Shown here: positions 47,600 to 57,885 of the stretch, piece after piece
Position numbering within the stretch: the stretch's first letter is position 1
Layout: each line of letters opens with the position of its first letter
From: Spirochaetia bacterium
Lineage (GTDB): Bacteria > Spirochaetota > Spirochaetia > CADAEX01
Direction: 5' to 3'
DNA: 64,000 nt
Assembly (NCBI GenBank): GCA_963662795.1
Contig: OY759746.1
Location: forward strand, 1,184,001-1,248,000
Position numbers and translations under genes: made by a program
The notes under the pieces: generated by a model
What the model was told of the DNA's origin: nothing
The model's database searches: none
Seen by the model: the letters and a program-made list of their open reading frames with translations, nothing else

Positions 47600-48376
47600 A
47601 TGATATCTGTTAATATCCGTTTTTATGAAGAACTTAATGACTTTCTGCCTACCTGCAGACAAAAGGTAGAATATTCTCTCAAAGCATCTGCAGGGCAGAG
47701 CATCAAGGATCTGATAGAATCTGAAAATATACCGCACACCGAGATTGATATGATACTGGTTAACGGGGAAGCAGTTGATTTTACATACAGGGTCAGGGAT
47801 ATGGACAGGATATCCGTATATCCTGTTTTTGAATCCCTTGATATAACAGAATCCTCTCACCTGAGACCCAGGCCTCTGAGAAATCCTGTTTTTATCCTTG
47901 ATGTCCACCTTGGAAAACTCGCAAGATATATGCGTATCGCAGGTTTTGATTCGCTTTACAGCAACAGCTATGAAGACTTCGAGATCTCGGAAATTGCCTC
48001 CAGGGACGGCAGGATCGTTTTGACCCGGGACAGGGGGCTGCTGAAAAGGTCAATTGTAAAAAGGGGATACTGGATCCGTTCCCAGTCTCCCGCATCCCAG
48101 CTCGAGGAGATAATTGTAAAGTTTGATCCTGGAGGCAGAATCAAACCCTTTACGACCTGCCCCTCCTGCAATGGTATTTTAGTAAAAAAACCCAAAAAGG
48201 AAATTGCTGAAAAGCTGCCTGAAAAAACAGCGCTTTACTATAATGACTTTTCCGTCTGCTCTTCCTGCGGCAAAATCTACTGGAAGGGAAGCCATTTCAG
48301 GAAAATTAATCAGCTCCTTGAGAGAATAAGGCGCTCAACCTCATTCCCTCCGGATGATCCGGTTCCGGAGAAATGA
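47600..48376 (+). CDS. Mut7-C RNase (PIN) domain protein with N-terminal ubiquitin-like domain
   Basis: RFYEELNDFL, PHTEID, DVHLGKLARYMR, LTRDRGL, CPSCN...CSSCGKIYWKGSH. Confidence 0.92.
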   Translation: MISVNIRFYEELNDFLPTCRQKVEYSLKASAGQSIKDLIESENIPHTEIDMILVNGEAVDFTYRVRDMDRISVYPVFESLDITESSHLRPRPLRNPVFILDVHLGKLARYMRIAGFDSLYSNSYEDFEISEIASRDGRIVLTRDRGLLKRSIVKRGYWIRSQSPASQLEEIIVKFDPGGRIKPFTTCPSCNGILVKKPKKEIAEKLPEKTALYYNDFSVCSSCGKIYWKGSHFRKINQLLERIRRSTSFPPDDPVPEK

Positions 48377-48422
48377 GATTTTATTATCCATTACATGATT
48401 TTTGTTTTATAATCATGTACTG

Positions 48423-51400
48423 ATGAGATTTATGATTTTCAAGAAGACGGCGATATTTTCCAGGCTTTTGCTGCTTCCTCTATTCCTGTCCATCCTGCAT
48501 CCAGGGACAGTAAAGGTTTTTGCAGACAACTACAGGTTTTCGCACTTTACCATGAGCAGCGGCCTCTCAAACAATTCAGCCTACTGTCTCAGGCAGGATT
48601 ACAGGGGATTCATGTGGATCGGGACATTGCTCGGCGGCCTCAACAGGTATGACGGAAGTAAATTTGTTGTTTACAAACCGGAACTTAAAGAAGGAAGCAT
48701 TAGCAGCTCTGTAATTTTTACCATTTATGAGGATTCAAGGAACCGCCTCTGGATTGGAACAGACGGGGGAGGTCTTAACCTTTACAACAGGGATAAAGAT
48801 AACTTTACATCATTCCGCCACGATTCAGAAAACCCCTACAGCATAAGCAGTGACCAGGTATACGCTATCCTCGAGGACAGGAAGGGGAATATCTGGGTGG
48901 GAACTGACGGCGGCGGCCTTAATATAATGAGGGAAGACGGCACCTTTATACCGTTTGATCCGTCATCTGACGGCAGCGAACCGCTGAAGAACAATATTAT
49001 AAGGGTTTTATATCAGGATTCACACGACAGGCTACTTGTAGGAACCGAGGGAAGAGGCCTTACAGTTATACGTGATGGAATGGAGGGGGCAGCATTATAT
49101 AAAAATAATCCGGACGATCCCTTTTCCATACAGTCAGACACGATACGGTCAATATTTGAGGACTCAAGAGGGCATATCTGGCTGGGTCTAGAGAACAGGG
49201 GAATCTGTGAATTTTTGCCTGAAAAGAACATATTCCGTCCCCTGCCCCTCCCCGGGGATAATCCGGGCAGGAAACTTTCTGTCAGGGCAATCACGGAAGA
49301 TAATGACGGTAAGCTCTGGATCGGTACAGATAATGACGGTATTTATATTTTTTCACCTGATACCGGGGCCTGGGACATTGTAAAAAACAGTTCCCGCCCG
49401 GACAGCCTCTCAAGTGATACAATCCGGTCTTTTTTCACAGACAGTAACGGGCACATCTGGGCAGGAACGAGAGACGGAGGAGTAGATCTTTATAATCCCC
49501 TCTCATCAAGCTTTAAATATATCGATGCCGGCGGCGGAGAGGCCTCTGCCAGAAAACAAATAAGGGAAATAATAGAAACGCCTGACAGGAAAATATTAAT
49601 TGCTACAGACGGGGGAGGTCTTAAGCAGTTTAATCCTGATACCCGGACCTTAAGAACTTTCAGCAGGAATAAAGGAGAAAAAACCGAACTTACAAGCAAT
49701 CAGTGCTATTCCCTTTGTTCTGACAGGGACGGGCTTATATGGACAGGTACAGACGGAGGCGGAATTAACATTTTCAATCCTGTTACTGAAAAGTGGGAAA
49801 AGTCGTTCAGAAAAGGGGACAGCAGCGGTTTAAACAGCGATACAGTATGGGATATCTTCATTGATAAAAACGGGGGGCTCTGGGCAGGCACTGAAGGCGG
49901 AGGGCTTAATCATTACGACAGGGAAACAGGTACATTCAAATCATTCCAGTTTGACCCTAAAGACAGCACAAGCCTTAACGGCAATTCCGTGCGTGATATT
50001 TTTGAAGACTCGAAAGGACGCCTCTGGATAGGAACATGGGACGGAGGCCTTAACCTGATGAACAGGGATACTGCCTCATTCCGCCGCTTTCAGTTTAATC
50101 CTGCCCTTGAAAATTCACTGAGCGACAATACTGTCAACTGCATTTTTGAGGATTCAGGCGGAAGCATCTGGATAGGAACTGCGGGCGGCGGGCTGAATAA
50201 ATACGGAGGACCTTCCGGGGAAGAGTCTTTCAGTGTTTACAGGAAGGAAGACGGCCTCTCCGGAGACAATGTTCTTGGTATTATTGAGGATAAAAGCGGT
50301 GACCTCTGGATAACAACAGACAACGGCCTGTCCCTTTTAGATAAAGAAAAAAACACATTCCGGACATACAGCAGGGAGGACGGGCTCCAGGATAACGAAT
50401 TTACCCAGAAGTCTTACTGCATAACCTCTGACGGGATTATCTATGCCGGAGGTACCGGCGGAGTTAATTATTTTAAACCGGAAGAGATAAAGGAGCACTA
50501 CTATGATCCTCCGCTGCTTATGACCGGGCTGAAAATACTGAACCGGGAAGTACCGGTTGGCGCGTACGGAGAAAAAAGAAAAGTCCTCGCTAAGTCGATT
50601 ACAGAAACTGACAGTATAATTCTTACCCAGGATGACAGGGTTATCTCATTTACATTCTCCATTATGGATTTCATAGATGCCCGGAGAAGCAGATATTATG
50701 TTTTACTTGAAGGTTTTGACCGGGAATGGAACAGCATCGGCAATACCGGCACCGCAACATTTACATCCCTGCCCCATGGGAATTATACTCTCAGGGTGAA
50801 AGGAGAAAATCATAACGGACAAAGGCTTTCTCATGAGCTTTCCCTTGATATAAAAATACTCCCCTGGTTCTGGCAGACATTTTATTTCAGGTCAGGCATG
50901 GTATTGTTTCTGGCCGTCTCTGTTTACCTTTACATAAAATCAAAAACCCGGCAGCTGCGCAGAAAGAATGAACAGCTGAGCAGGTTCTCAGAGCATATCC
51001 AGCACGCCCGTGAAGAGGAAAGGAAAATTGCCGCACGGGAAGTTCATGACGAGCTTGGACAGATCCTTACCGCTCTTAAAATTGATATTTTCCAGTTCAG
51101 TAAAAAGTCGGATGCACAGTACAGGAATCAGACAGAAGGAATGCTCAGCCTTGTAAACAGGGCGCTTGACTCGATCAAATCACTGTCAACAAGCCTCCGC
51201 CCGAAGGCGCTTGATACCCTTTCTCTTGAAGAGGCTATCCACTGGCAGACTGTTGAGTTCCAGCGCCGGACAAATATAGACTGCACATTCAAAAAGGAAA
51301 ACCTCGAGGAGGAAATCGGCATTGAAGTCTCAACTGCTGTTTTCAGGATTTATCAGGAAATACTTACCAATATACTCCGCCATTCCGTCGCTGATCATGT

Positions 51401-51641
51401 TGATATCAGCATAGAATATGATAATAATAAAATTATCCTTTCGGTTACCGATAACGGAAAGGGGTTTTCGCAGGACAAACTTGAGGACTCAAGCTCTTTC
51501 GGATTGATCGGAATGAGGGAAAGGTGCAGAAATTTCGGCGGCAGGTTAACAATAACAACTGCCCCGGGCAGGGGGACAACAATAAAGGCAGTCATACCGG
51601 CTCCGCTGAAGAACCGGACGGGAAAGGAAGAGGGACTATGA
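48423..51641 (+). CDS. sensor histidine kinase: Reg_prop beta-propellers + Y_Y_Y + TM + HisKA_3/HATPase
   Basis: Repeated EDxxGxxWIGTxGGGLN blades; FTSLPHGNYTLRVK; PWFWQT TM; IAREVHDELGQ; FGLIGMRER. Confidence 0.93.
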   Translation: MRFMIFKKTAIFSRLLLLPLFLSILHPGTVKVFADNYRFSHFTMSSGLSNNSAYCLRQDYRGFMWIGTLLGGLNRYDGSKFVVYKPELKEGSISSSVIFTIYEDSRNRLWIGTDGGGLNLYNRDKDNFTSFRHDSENPYSISSDQVYAILEDRKGNIWVGTDGGGLNIMREDGTFIPFDPSSDGSEPLKNNIIRVLYQDSHDRLLVGTEGRGLTVIRDGMEGAALYKNNPDDPFSIQSDTIRSIFEDSRGHIWLGLENRGICEFLPEKNIFRPLPLPGDNPGRKLSVRAITEDNDGKLWIGTDNDGIYIFSPDTGAWDIVKNSSRPDSLSSDTIRSFFTDSNGHIWAGTRDGGVDLYNPLSSSFKYIDAGGGEASARKQIREIIETPDRKILIATDGGGLKQFNPDTRTLRTFSRNKGEKTELTSNQCYSLCSDRDGLIWTGTDGGGINIFNPVTEKWEKSFRKGDSSGLNSDTVWDIFIDKNGGLWAGTEGGGLNHYDRETGTFKSFQFDPKDSTSLNGNSVRDIFEDSKGRLWIGTWDGGLNLMNRDTASFRRFQFNPALENSLSDNTVNCIFEDSGGSIWIGTAGGGLNKYGGPSGEESFSVYRKEDGLSGDNVLGIIEDKSGDLWITTDNGLSLLDKEKNTFRTYSREDGLQDNEFTQKSYCITSDGIIYAGGTGGVNYFKPEEIKEHYYDPPLLMTGLKILNREVPVGAYGEKRKVLAKSITETDSIILTQDDRVISFTFSIMDFIDARRSRYYVLLEGFDREWNSIGNTGTATFTSLPHGNYTLRVKGENHNGQRLSHELSLDIKILPWFWQTFYFRSGMVLFLAVSVYLYIKSKTRQLRRKNEQLSRFSEHIQHAREEERKIAAREVHDELGQILTALKIDIFQFSKKSDAQYRNQTEGMLSLVNRALDSIKSLSTSLRPKALDTLSLEEAIHWQTVEFQRRTNIDCTFKKENLEEEIGIEVSTAVFRIYQEILTNILRHSVADHVDISIEYDNNKIILSVTDNGKGFSQDKLEDSSSFGLIGMRERCRNFGGRLTITTAPGRGTTIKAVIPAPLKNRTGKEEGL

Positions 51642-52288
51642 ATATACTGATAGCAGACGACCACCCCCTTATCCGAAAGGGAATTAAGCAGATATTGGCG
51701 GACAGCCCGGAAATATCAGCTGTATTTGAAGCTGACAACAGCTTTGCAGTTTTCAGGGTTCTTGAAAGCAGCAGTATTGATGTCCTGATCCTTGACATTT
51801 CACTCCCCGGCAAGGACGGGATGGAAATACTGAAAGATGTAAAGGTGTATTATCCTGACTTGCCCGTACTTATGCTCAGCATCCAGCCGGAAGACCAGTA
51901 TGCCCTCCGCGCTTTCAAATACGGGGCTTCAGGGTGCCTTAACAAGGCTTCAGCTCCGGAAGAGCTGCTTGAAGCGCTGAGGAAGGTCAAATCAGGTACA
52001 AGATATATAAATGACGCTGTCAGCGAAATACTTTTAAACGACCTGACAGGAAAAAACCCTGAAAATCCCCACTTAAACCTCTCGGAAAGGGAATTCCAGG
52101 TAATGATTATGCTTGCGGAAGGTCTTTCAATAAGTACAATTTCTGAGAAACTTTCATTAAGTATAAAAACTGTAAGCACATACCGCACGCGGCTGATGGC
52201 AAAGATGAATCTGCACACCAACGCGCAGCTTGTATTTTACGCTGTAAAGCACAATCTGCTGGGTATAAATCACAATCTTCCCCGATAG
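51638..52288 (+). CDS. NarL/FixJ family DNA-binding response regulator
   Basis: ADDHPLIRKG, LDISLPG, LSEREFQV, LSIKTVSTYR; ATGA overlap with the kinase gene. Confidence 0.95.
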   Translation: MNILIADDHPLIRKGIKQILADSPEISAVFEADNSFAVFRVLESSSIDVLILDISLPGKDGMEILKDVKVYYPDLPVLMLSIQPEDQYALRAFKYGASGCLNKASAPEELLEALRKVKSGTRYINDAVSEILLNDLTGKNPENPHLNLSEREFQVMIMLAEGLSISTISEKLSLSIKTVSTYRTRLMAKMNLHTNAQLVFYAVKHNLLGINHNLPR

Positions 52289-52311
52289 AACACTGCCTGC
52301 CGCATTTCCGT

Positions 52312-52354
52312 TTTGTAGGAATTATCCTACAAAGAAAAAAAAGAAATCCCGACA
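52312..52354. promoter_or_regulatory. palindromic operator upstream of citC
   Basis: TTTGTAGGA-atta-TCCTACAAA (52312-52333) plus a related half-site CCGACA at 52349-52354; TATAAT at 52377-52382. Confidence 0.6.
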
Positions 52355-52405
52355 TACAACTTTTACCGGCATGGTTTATAATTTATTATGCAGGGGTTCG
52401 ATGTA

Positions 52406-53497
52406 ATGAATAGTCAGGAAAATTTCTCTACCGAATTCAGAAAAATGCTAACTCCTCCCGAAAAAAAGGACATAGAGGATTTTCTGGCCTTAAGCGGCTT
52501 GAAATTTGAGGATGATATTGAGGAAACCGCCATTGTAAGGGAAAACAGGGAGATTATTGCAACCGGCTCAATCAGCGGAAATGTCCTTAAATGCATTGCA
52601 ATAAAACCTGATATCAGGGGCTCAAATCTTGCAGGAAGCCTCATAACATCACTGATACAGAAACAGTACTACAGGGGAATATCAAATCTTTTTATCTTCA
52701 CAAAACCGGAAAACTCATCCATCTTCAGCCGGCTCGGATTTTATTTAATCTACGAAGTTGAGAACGAGGCTGTTCTGATGGAAAACAACCCGGCAGGTCT
52801 TTCCTCATTCATTGAAAAAATCATAAAAGAAACAGAGCCGGGAATTGCAGAATCAGTTTCATCTCCCCAAAACGGCCCCATGGAAACGACAAAAAAAATT
52901 TCCGCGATAGTTGTCAACTGCAATCCGTTTACAAGGGGGCACCTTTATCTTATTGAAAAGGCAGCTTCGGAAAGCGTTTTCCTTCACATATTTGTAGTTT
53001 CGGAAAACAGGTCTGTTTTCCCTTCAGAGACAAGGTTCAGTCTTGTAAAAAAGGGAACAGAACACCTGCCGAATCTTGCCGTACACAACGGGTCTGATTA
53101 CATTATTTCAAACTCTACCTTCCCGTCATATTTTATAAAAGACTCAAAGAAGATATACGACATCCACGCCAAAATGGACCTTGGAATATTCAGCGAAAAA
53201 ATAGCTCCGGCCCTGAACATAACAAGAAGATTTGCCGGCGAAGAGCCTCTTTGCCCTGTTACAGATAACTATAACCGGCTTATGGCCGAAATTCTGCCGC
53301 AAAGGGGGATTGAATTTACTGTAATAAAACGGCTGGAAGGAGGAGGAGGCCCGGTAAGCGCTTCCCGTGTGAGACAGCTTATAAAAGAAAACAGAATTGA
53401 AGAGACTGAACAGCTTCTGCCTCCCGTCACATATAATTTTTTAAAAAGTCCTGACGGGGCGGAAATAATAAAAAAAATAAGAGGAACCAAAAGGTGA
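52406..53497 (+). CDS. citC: [citrate (pro-3S)-lyase] ligase
   Basis: GNVLKCIAI, FIFTKP, VVNCNPFTRGHLYL, YIISNSTFPSYF, GEEP, SASRVR (ORF track start 52388). Confidence 0.95.
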   Translation: MNSQENFSTEFRKMLTPPEKKDIEDFLALSGLKFEDDIEETAIVRENREIIATGSISGNVLKCIAIKPDIRGSNLAGSLITSLIQKQYYRGISNLFIFTKPENSSIFSRLGFYLIYEVENEAVLMENNPAGLSSFIEKIIKETEPGIAESVSSPQNGPMETTKKISAIVVNCNPFTRGHLYLIEKAASESVFLHIFVVSENRSVFPSETRFSLVKKGTEHLPNLAVHNGSDYIISNSTFPSYFIKDSKKIYDIHAKMDLGIFSEKIAPALNITRRFAGEEPLCPVTDNYNRLMAEILPQRGIEFTVIKRLEGGGGPVSASRVRQLIKENRIEETEQLLPPVTYNFLKSPDGAEIIKKIRGTKR

Positions 53498-53787
53498 AAA
53501 TTGTAAAAACCGGAATAGCCGGAACCCTTGAGTCAAGCGATGTACTGGTGACAGTAAGGGAAAACCCGGGGGAAGGGGTTGAAATACTTCTTCAGAGTAT
53601 TGTAGAGAGGCAGTTCGGAAGCCAGATAAAAAAAGTAGTAAAGGAAAAACTTGAAGTACTTGGCATTGATGAAGCTGTGGTACAGCTTAATGACAAAGGC
53701 GCCCTTGACTGCACAATTGAAGCCCGGCTTGCCGCAGCTGTTTACAGGGCCTGCGGGATAACATCCTACAGCTGGGAGAAAATCTGA
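53494..53787 (+). CDS. citD: citrate lyase acyl carrier protein (gamma subunit)
   Basis: AGTLESSD prosthetic-group Ser, QFG, DKGALDC. Confidence 0.96.
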   Translation: MKIVKTGIAGTLESSDVLVTVRENPGEGVEILLQSIVERQFGSQIKKVVKEKLEVLGIDEAVVQLNDKGALDCTIEARLAAAVYRACGITSYSWEKI

Positions 53788-54683
53788 TGCAGAAACTTAG
53801 AAGAACAATGCTTTACGTACCGGGCAATAACGCCGGAATGGTAAAGGACGCGCAGATATACAGATCCGATTCAATAATGTTTGATCTTGAGGATTCCGTA
53901 AGCGTAAATGAAAAAGACGCCGCCCGATTTCTGGTGTATAAAGCGCTGTGTACCCAGGATTATGAGGGAATAGAAACTGTGGTAAGAATCAACTCACTCG
54001 ACAGCCCGCACGGAAAGGAAGACATAAAGGCTATGGTACTTGCCCGGCCGGGAGTTATAAGACTTCCGAAAACAGAAACTGCGCAGGACCTGCTTGATGT
54101 CGAAGAGCTTGTCGGGAAGGAAGAGAAAAAGCTTGGAATTGAGGCCGGCACAATAAAGCTTATGGCAGCAATTGAAACTCCAAAAGGGGTTTTAAACGCC
54201 TATGCAATCGCAGTTTCAAGCAGCCGTCTTATAGGGATCGCGCTTGGAGCAGAGGATTATGTTACAAGCATGAAAACAAGGCGCTACGATGACGGGACGG
54301 AACTTCTTTTCGCAAGGAGCATGATAGTAAACGCTGCCCGGGCGGCAGGAATATACGCACTTGATACCGTTTATACAGACCTTAACAATGAGGAAGGCTT
54401 TATAAGGGAAGTGAGCCTGATAAAGCAGCTCGGCTTTGACGGCAAGTCAATAATCAGTCCCCGTCAGATAGATCCTGTAAACAGGATATTCGCCCCTGCA
54501 CGGGAAGAACTGGAACACGCGCTGCAGGTTGTTGATGGAATAAAAGAGGCAGAGGCTAAATCATCCGGAGTAATAGCTGTCAACGGAAAAATGGTTGACA
54601 AACCCATTGTCGAGCGGGCGGAAAGAATAATTGAACTTGCAAAAGCCTCAGGAATGACTGTTCCTGCAAGCAGGGAGGAATAA
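53787..54683 (+). CDS. citE: citrate lyase beta subunit (citryl-ACP lyase)
   Basis: LRRTMLYVPG, FDLEDSV, RLPK, GAEDY, GKMVDKP. Confidence 0.96.
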   Translation: MQKLRRTMLYVPGNNAGMVKDAQIYRSDSIMFDLEDSVSVNEKDAARFLVYKALCTQDYEGIETVVRINSLDSPHGKEDIKAMVLARPGVIRLPKTETAQDLLDVEELVGKEEKKLGIEAGTIKLMAAIETPKGVLNAYAIAVSSSRLIGIALGAEDYVTSMKTRRYDDGTELLFARSMIVNAARAAGIYALDTVYTDLNNEEGFIREVSLIKQLGFDGKSIISPRQIDPVNRIFAPAREELEHALQVVDGIKEAEAKSSGVIAVNGKMVDKPIVERAERIIELAKASGMTVPASREE

Positions 54684-56222
54684 GTGACAGAAAACACGCT
54701 TGGAAGAAAAATACCTGAAAAGGTTGATAACATAGGAATACTTACTCCCTTCAGGGGAGCTTATGAATATACACCTTTAGTAAAGAAAGACAAGGGGAAC
54801 AGGCAGCTTCCCAAATTGAATAAGCTTGTTGATACAATTGAACAGGTTATAATAAAAACCGCTCTTAAGGACGGCATGACAATATCTTTTCATCACCACT
54901 TCAGAAGCGGCGACAGAATAGTAAACATGGTTATGGACGTTATTGCCAATATGGGGATAAAAGATATCACGATTGCGGCAAGCTCGCTCTCCGATGTGCA
55001 CGCTCCGCTTGTAAAACATATAAAAAATAAAGTCATAAAAAGGATAATAACTTCAGGACTGCGGGGAGAACTTGCAGAGGCAGTCTCAAACGGAATCATG
55101 GAAACACCGGTACTTATCCATTCCCACGGCGGAAGGGCCAGGGCGATAGAGTCAGGTCAGATTGTGATAGATGTGGCATTTCTCGGAGTACCCTCATGCG
55201 ACGTATACGGGAACGCAAACGGCTATACCGGCAAATCCGCATGCGGATCATTGGGGTATGCAATGGTCGACGCAGGGTTTGCGAAAAAAGTGGTCCTCAT
55301 AACAGACAACATTGTCGAGTACCCCAATACCCCGTTCTCGATCCATCAGGATATGGTTGATTACATTGTAGCTGTTGATTCGGTGGGGGATCCCAAAGGC
55401 ATTACGACAGGTGCGACAAGGATAACAAAAAACCCGCGCGACCTTCTCCTTGCAAAGCTTGTATCGGAAGTTGTGGTCAACTCAGGATATTTCGAAAACG
55501 GATTTTCGCTCCAGACAGGTTCCGGCGGAGCTTCCGTTGCCGTAACAAGGTTCCTGCGGGAATATATGGAAGAGAGAAATGTTAGAGCAAGATGGGCACT
55601 TGGAGGTATTTCAGGCCCGATGGTAAAGCTGCACGAGGACGGATTTATAGGAAGGCTCCTTGATGTGCAGAGCTTTGACGGAGAGGCGATAAGGTCGATA
55701 GGTGAAAACCGCTATCACACGGAAATTGACGCTTCCTATTATGCCAATCCCCTTAACAAGGGGTGCGCTGTCAACAAGCTCAACGTTGTAATATTAAGCG
55801 CTCTTGAGATAGACAAGGACTTTAATGTTAATGTAATAACAGGCTCCGACGGAATAATCAGGGGAGCATCAGGAGGTCACTCTGATACTGCCGTAGGTTC
55901 AGGCCTTTCCATAATAGTAGCCCCTTTAGTGCGGGGAAGAACTGCCACTGTAATTGACAGCGTCCAGACCGTTATCACTCCCGGCTCCACAGTCGATGTG
56001 CTTGTCACAGACAGGGGGATAGCTGTAAACCCCAGGCGCCCTGAAATCATGGAAAGGCTTAAGAGCTGCAAGCTTCCCGTTTATTCAATTGATGAGCTTA
56101 AAAACAAGGCGGAAAAAATAGTCGGACGGCCTGAGCAGATACAATTTGAGAAAAAGATTGTCGCCCTTGTCGAATACAGGGACGGCACTATTATCGATAC
56201 GATAAGACAGATTAAAAATTAA
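54684..56222 (+). CDS. citF: citrate lyase alpha subunit
   Basis: DGMTISFHHHFR, SHGGRARAI, CGSLGYA, QTGSGG, GASGGHSD. Confidence 0.97.
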   Translation: MTENTLGRKIPEKVDNIGILTPFRGAYEYTPLVKKDKGNRQLPKLNKLVDTIEQVIIKTALKDGMTISFHHHFRSGDRIVNMVMDVIANMGIKDITIAASSLSDVHAPLVKHIKNKVIKRIITSGLRGELAEAVSNGIMETPVLIHSHGGRARAIESGQIVIDVAFLGVPSCDVYGNANGYTGKSACGSLGYAMVDAGFAKKVVLITDNIVEYPNTPFSIHQDMVDYIVAVDSVGDPKGITTGATRITKNPRDLLLAKLVSEVVVNSGYFENGFSLQTGSGGASVAVTRFLREYMEERNVRARWALGGISGPMVKLHEDGFIGRLLDVQSFDGEAIRSIGENRYHTEIDASYYANPLNKGCAVNKLNVVILSALEIDKDFNVNVITGSDGIIRGASGGHSDTAVGSGLSIIVAPLVRGRTATVIDSVQTVITPGSTVDVLVTDRGIAVNPRRPEIMERLKSCKLPVYSIDELKNKAEKIVGRPEQIQFEKKIVALVEYRDGTIIDTIRQIKN

Positions 56223-56293
56223 AAAACTTCCGTCTCTTTTACAGGAAGGGCCCGTCCGGTAACTGGGAAGGAATAAAAATTTAGGAGTATTTT

Positions 56294-57313
56294 ATGAAAA
56301 GAAATTTCAAAACAGCACTTATCCTGCTGACAGCGCTTATGGTTCTGTCGGTTTCAGGAACATTGTTTGCAGGCGGAACAAAAGAGGAAGCAAAGGAAGC
56401 TTCATATCCGAGAGGAAATTTTGACTTTGTCGCTCCGGCAGGGGCAGGCGGCGGATGGGATCTTACCATCAGAACAACAGCAAAAGTTCTTAAAGACACA
56501 GGACTTGTGAAAGTTCCAATGCCTGTAAGAAATAACCCGGGAGCAGGCGGGGCAGTAAACCTTGCAAGCCTTCAGGAACTTAAGGGTAAGGATAATACTA
56601 TTACAGTTTATTCGCCTCCCCTTATTCTCATAAATCTCAACGGAACAACAGAGCTTGGATATAAAAATGTAACACCGCTCTCAAGGCTTATCGCTGATTA
56701 TGCTGCCTATGTTGTAGCAGCAGACTCACCCTACAAGACAATGAACGATGTAATGGCAGCCTTAAAGAAAGACATTAAGAGCGTTAAAATCGGCGGTATA
56801 TCAGCTGCAGGATCTATGGACCACATCCAGTTCCTGATCATGGCTAAAGCTGCCGGCGTCAAGAACCTTAACCAGATCGACTATGTAAGTTTTGATGATT
56901 CAGCCGTAGCCCAGGTACTTGGCGGTCATATTGACCTTTTCTCAACAGGCCTTTCAGAAGTTCAGGGGCTTATTGAAAGCAAAGACTTAAGGGCCCTTGC
57001 CCAGTCTGCGGACCACAGGGTAGGCGAAGGTATTATCAAGGAAATCCCGACATGCAAGGAACAGGGAATTGATGCAACTTTTGTTAACTGGAGAGGACTC
57101 TTCGGACCTCCCGAAATGCCGGAGTACGCTGTAAAATACTGGAGAGAGACACTTGCAAAAATGGTGAAAACACCTGAGTGGGCAGCTGCAAAAAAGACAA
57201 ACGGATGGGACGATGCCTATCTTGACGCGCCTGATTTTGCAGAATTCCTTGTTCAGGTAAACGAAGACTATAAAGTAGTTCTTTCAGAAATTGGAATGCT
57301 TAAAGCAAAATAG
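56294..57313 (+). CDS. tctC: tripartite tricarboxylate transporter substrate-binding protein
   Basis: APAGAGGGWDLTIR, NNPGAGG, GSMDH, NWRGLFGPP. Confidence 0.93.
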   Translation: MKRNFKTALILLTALMVLSVSGTLFAGGTKEEAKEASYPRGNFDFVAPAGAGGGWDLTIRTTAKVLKDTGLVKVPMPVRNNPGAGGAVNLASLQELKGKDNTITVYSPPLILINLNGTTELGYKNVTPLSRLIADYAAYVVAADSPYKTMNDVMAALKKDIKSVKIGGISAAGSMDHIQFLIMAKAAGVKNLNQIDYVSFDDSAVAQVLGGHIDLFSTGLSEVQGLIESKDLRALAQSADHRVGEGIIKEIPTCKEQGIDATFVNWRGLFGPPEMPEYAVKYWRETLAKMVKTPEWAAAKKTNGWDDAYLDAPDFAEFLVQVNEDYKVVLSEIGMLKAK

Positions 57314-57329
57314 CATTTAACAGCTTTTC

Positions 57330-57379
57330 AAATAATGCCGGACATACTGCGCTAGTGCAAATTCCGGCATTATTTTTTT
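57330..57379 (+). terminator. intercistronic stem-loop / partial terminator after tctC
   Basis: AAATAATGCCGGA...TCCGGCATTATTT 13-bp stem followed by Ts. Confidence 0.6.
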
Positions 57380-57395
57380 AAAAAAGGAGGTCCAA

Positions 57396-57875
57396 TTGAA
57401 TATTTCATTGCTGACAGGAATAATAACACTTGTACTTGCAACAGCTTATACAGGAGCATCCGTACTTCTGCCGGCCGCAGCCATAGGAAGACCGGATGAA
57501 CCTAAAATTTTCCCTACTGCACTTGGCATCATTCTTATTATTCTTTCGCTTCTTCTTATTGTGCAGCAAATACGGAAAACTCTAAAGGAACCGGCTAAAA
57601 ACAAAAAAATTAATTTCACGCTGAAGCCTGATGAATATGTACAAAAAATATTGATTACAGCCCTTAACGGAATTGTTTATGCATTTCTGTTCGCAAAGGC
57701 AGGATATGTTATTTCAACATTTATTTTTATCTGCCTGGAGCTCCTTCTCTTCAGCGGGATAAAAAAAATAAAGATGTGTGCAACAGTCGCAATTCTATTC
57801 AGTCTGTTCATTTACATATTGTTCAGTAAGGTTCTGGGTGTATATCTCCCGGTTACCCCATTCATATGGATTTAG
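57396..57875 (+). CDS. tctB: tripartite tricarboxylate transporter small permease
   Basis: Four TM segments, PKIFP, GYVIST, LGVYLP; AAGGAGG SD with TTG start. Confidence 0.9.
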   Translation: MNISLLTGIITLVLATAYTGASVLLPAAAIGRPDEPKIFPTALGIILIILSLLLIVQQIRKTLKEPAKNKKINFTLKPDEYVQKILITALNGIVYAFLFAKAGYVISTFIFICLELLLFSGIKKIKMCATVAILFSLFIYILFSKVLGVYLPVTPFIWI

Positions 57876-57885
57876 GAGATTTAAA

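Noticed and set aside
48600-50480. Recurrent TGGAT(C/A/T)GG(A/T)AC...GG(C/A)GG motifs resembling a repeat array
   Set aside because: These encode the WIGTxGGG blades of the beta-propeller and are not CRISPR or DNA repeats.
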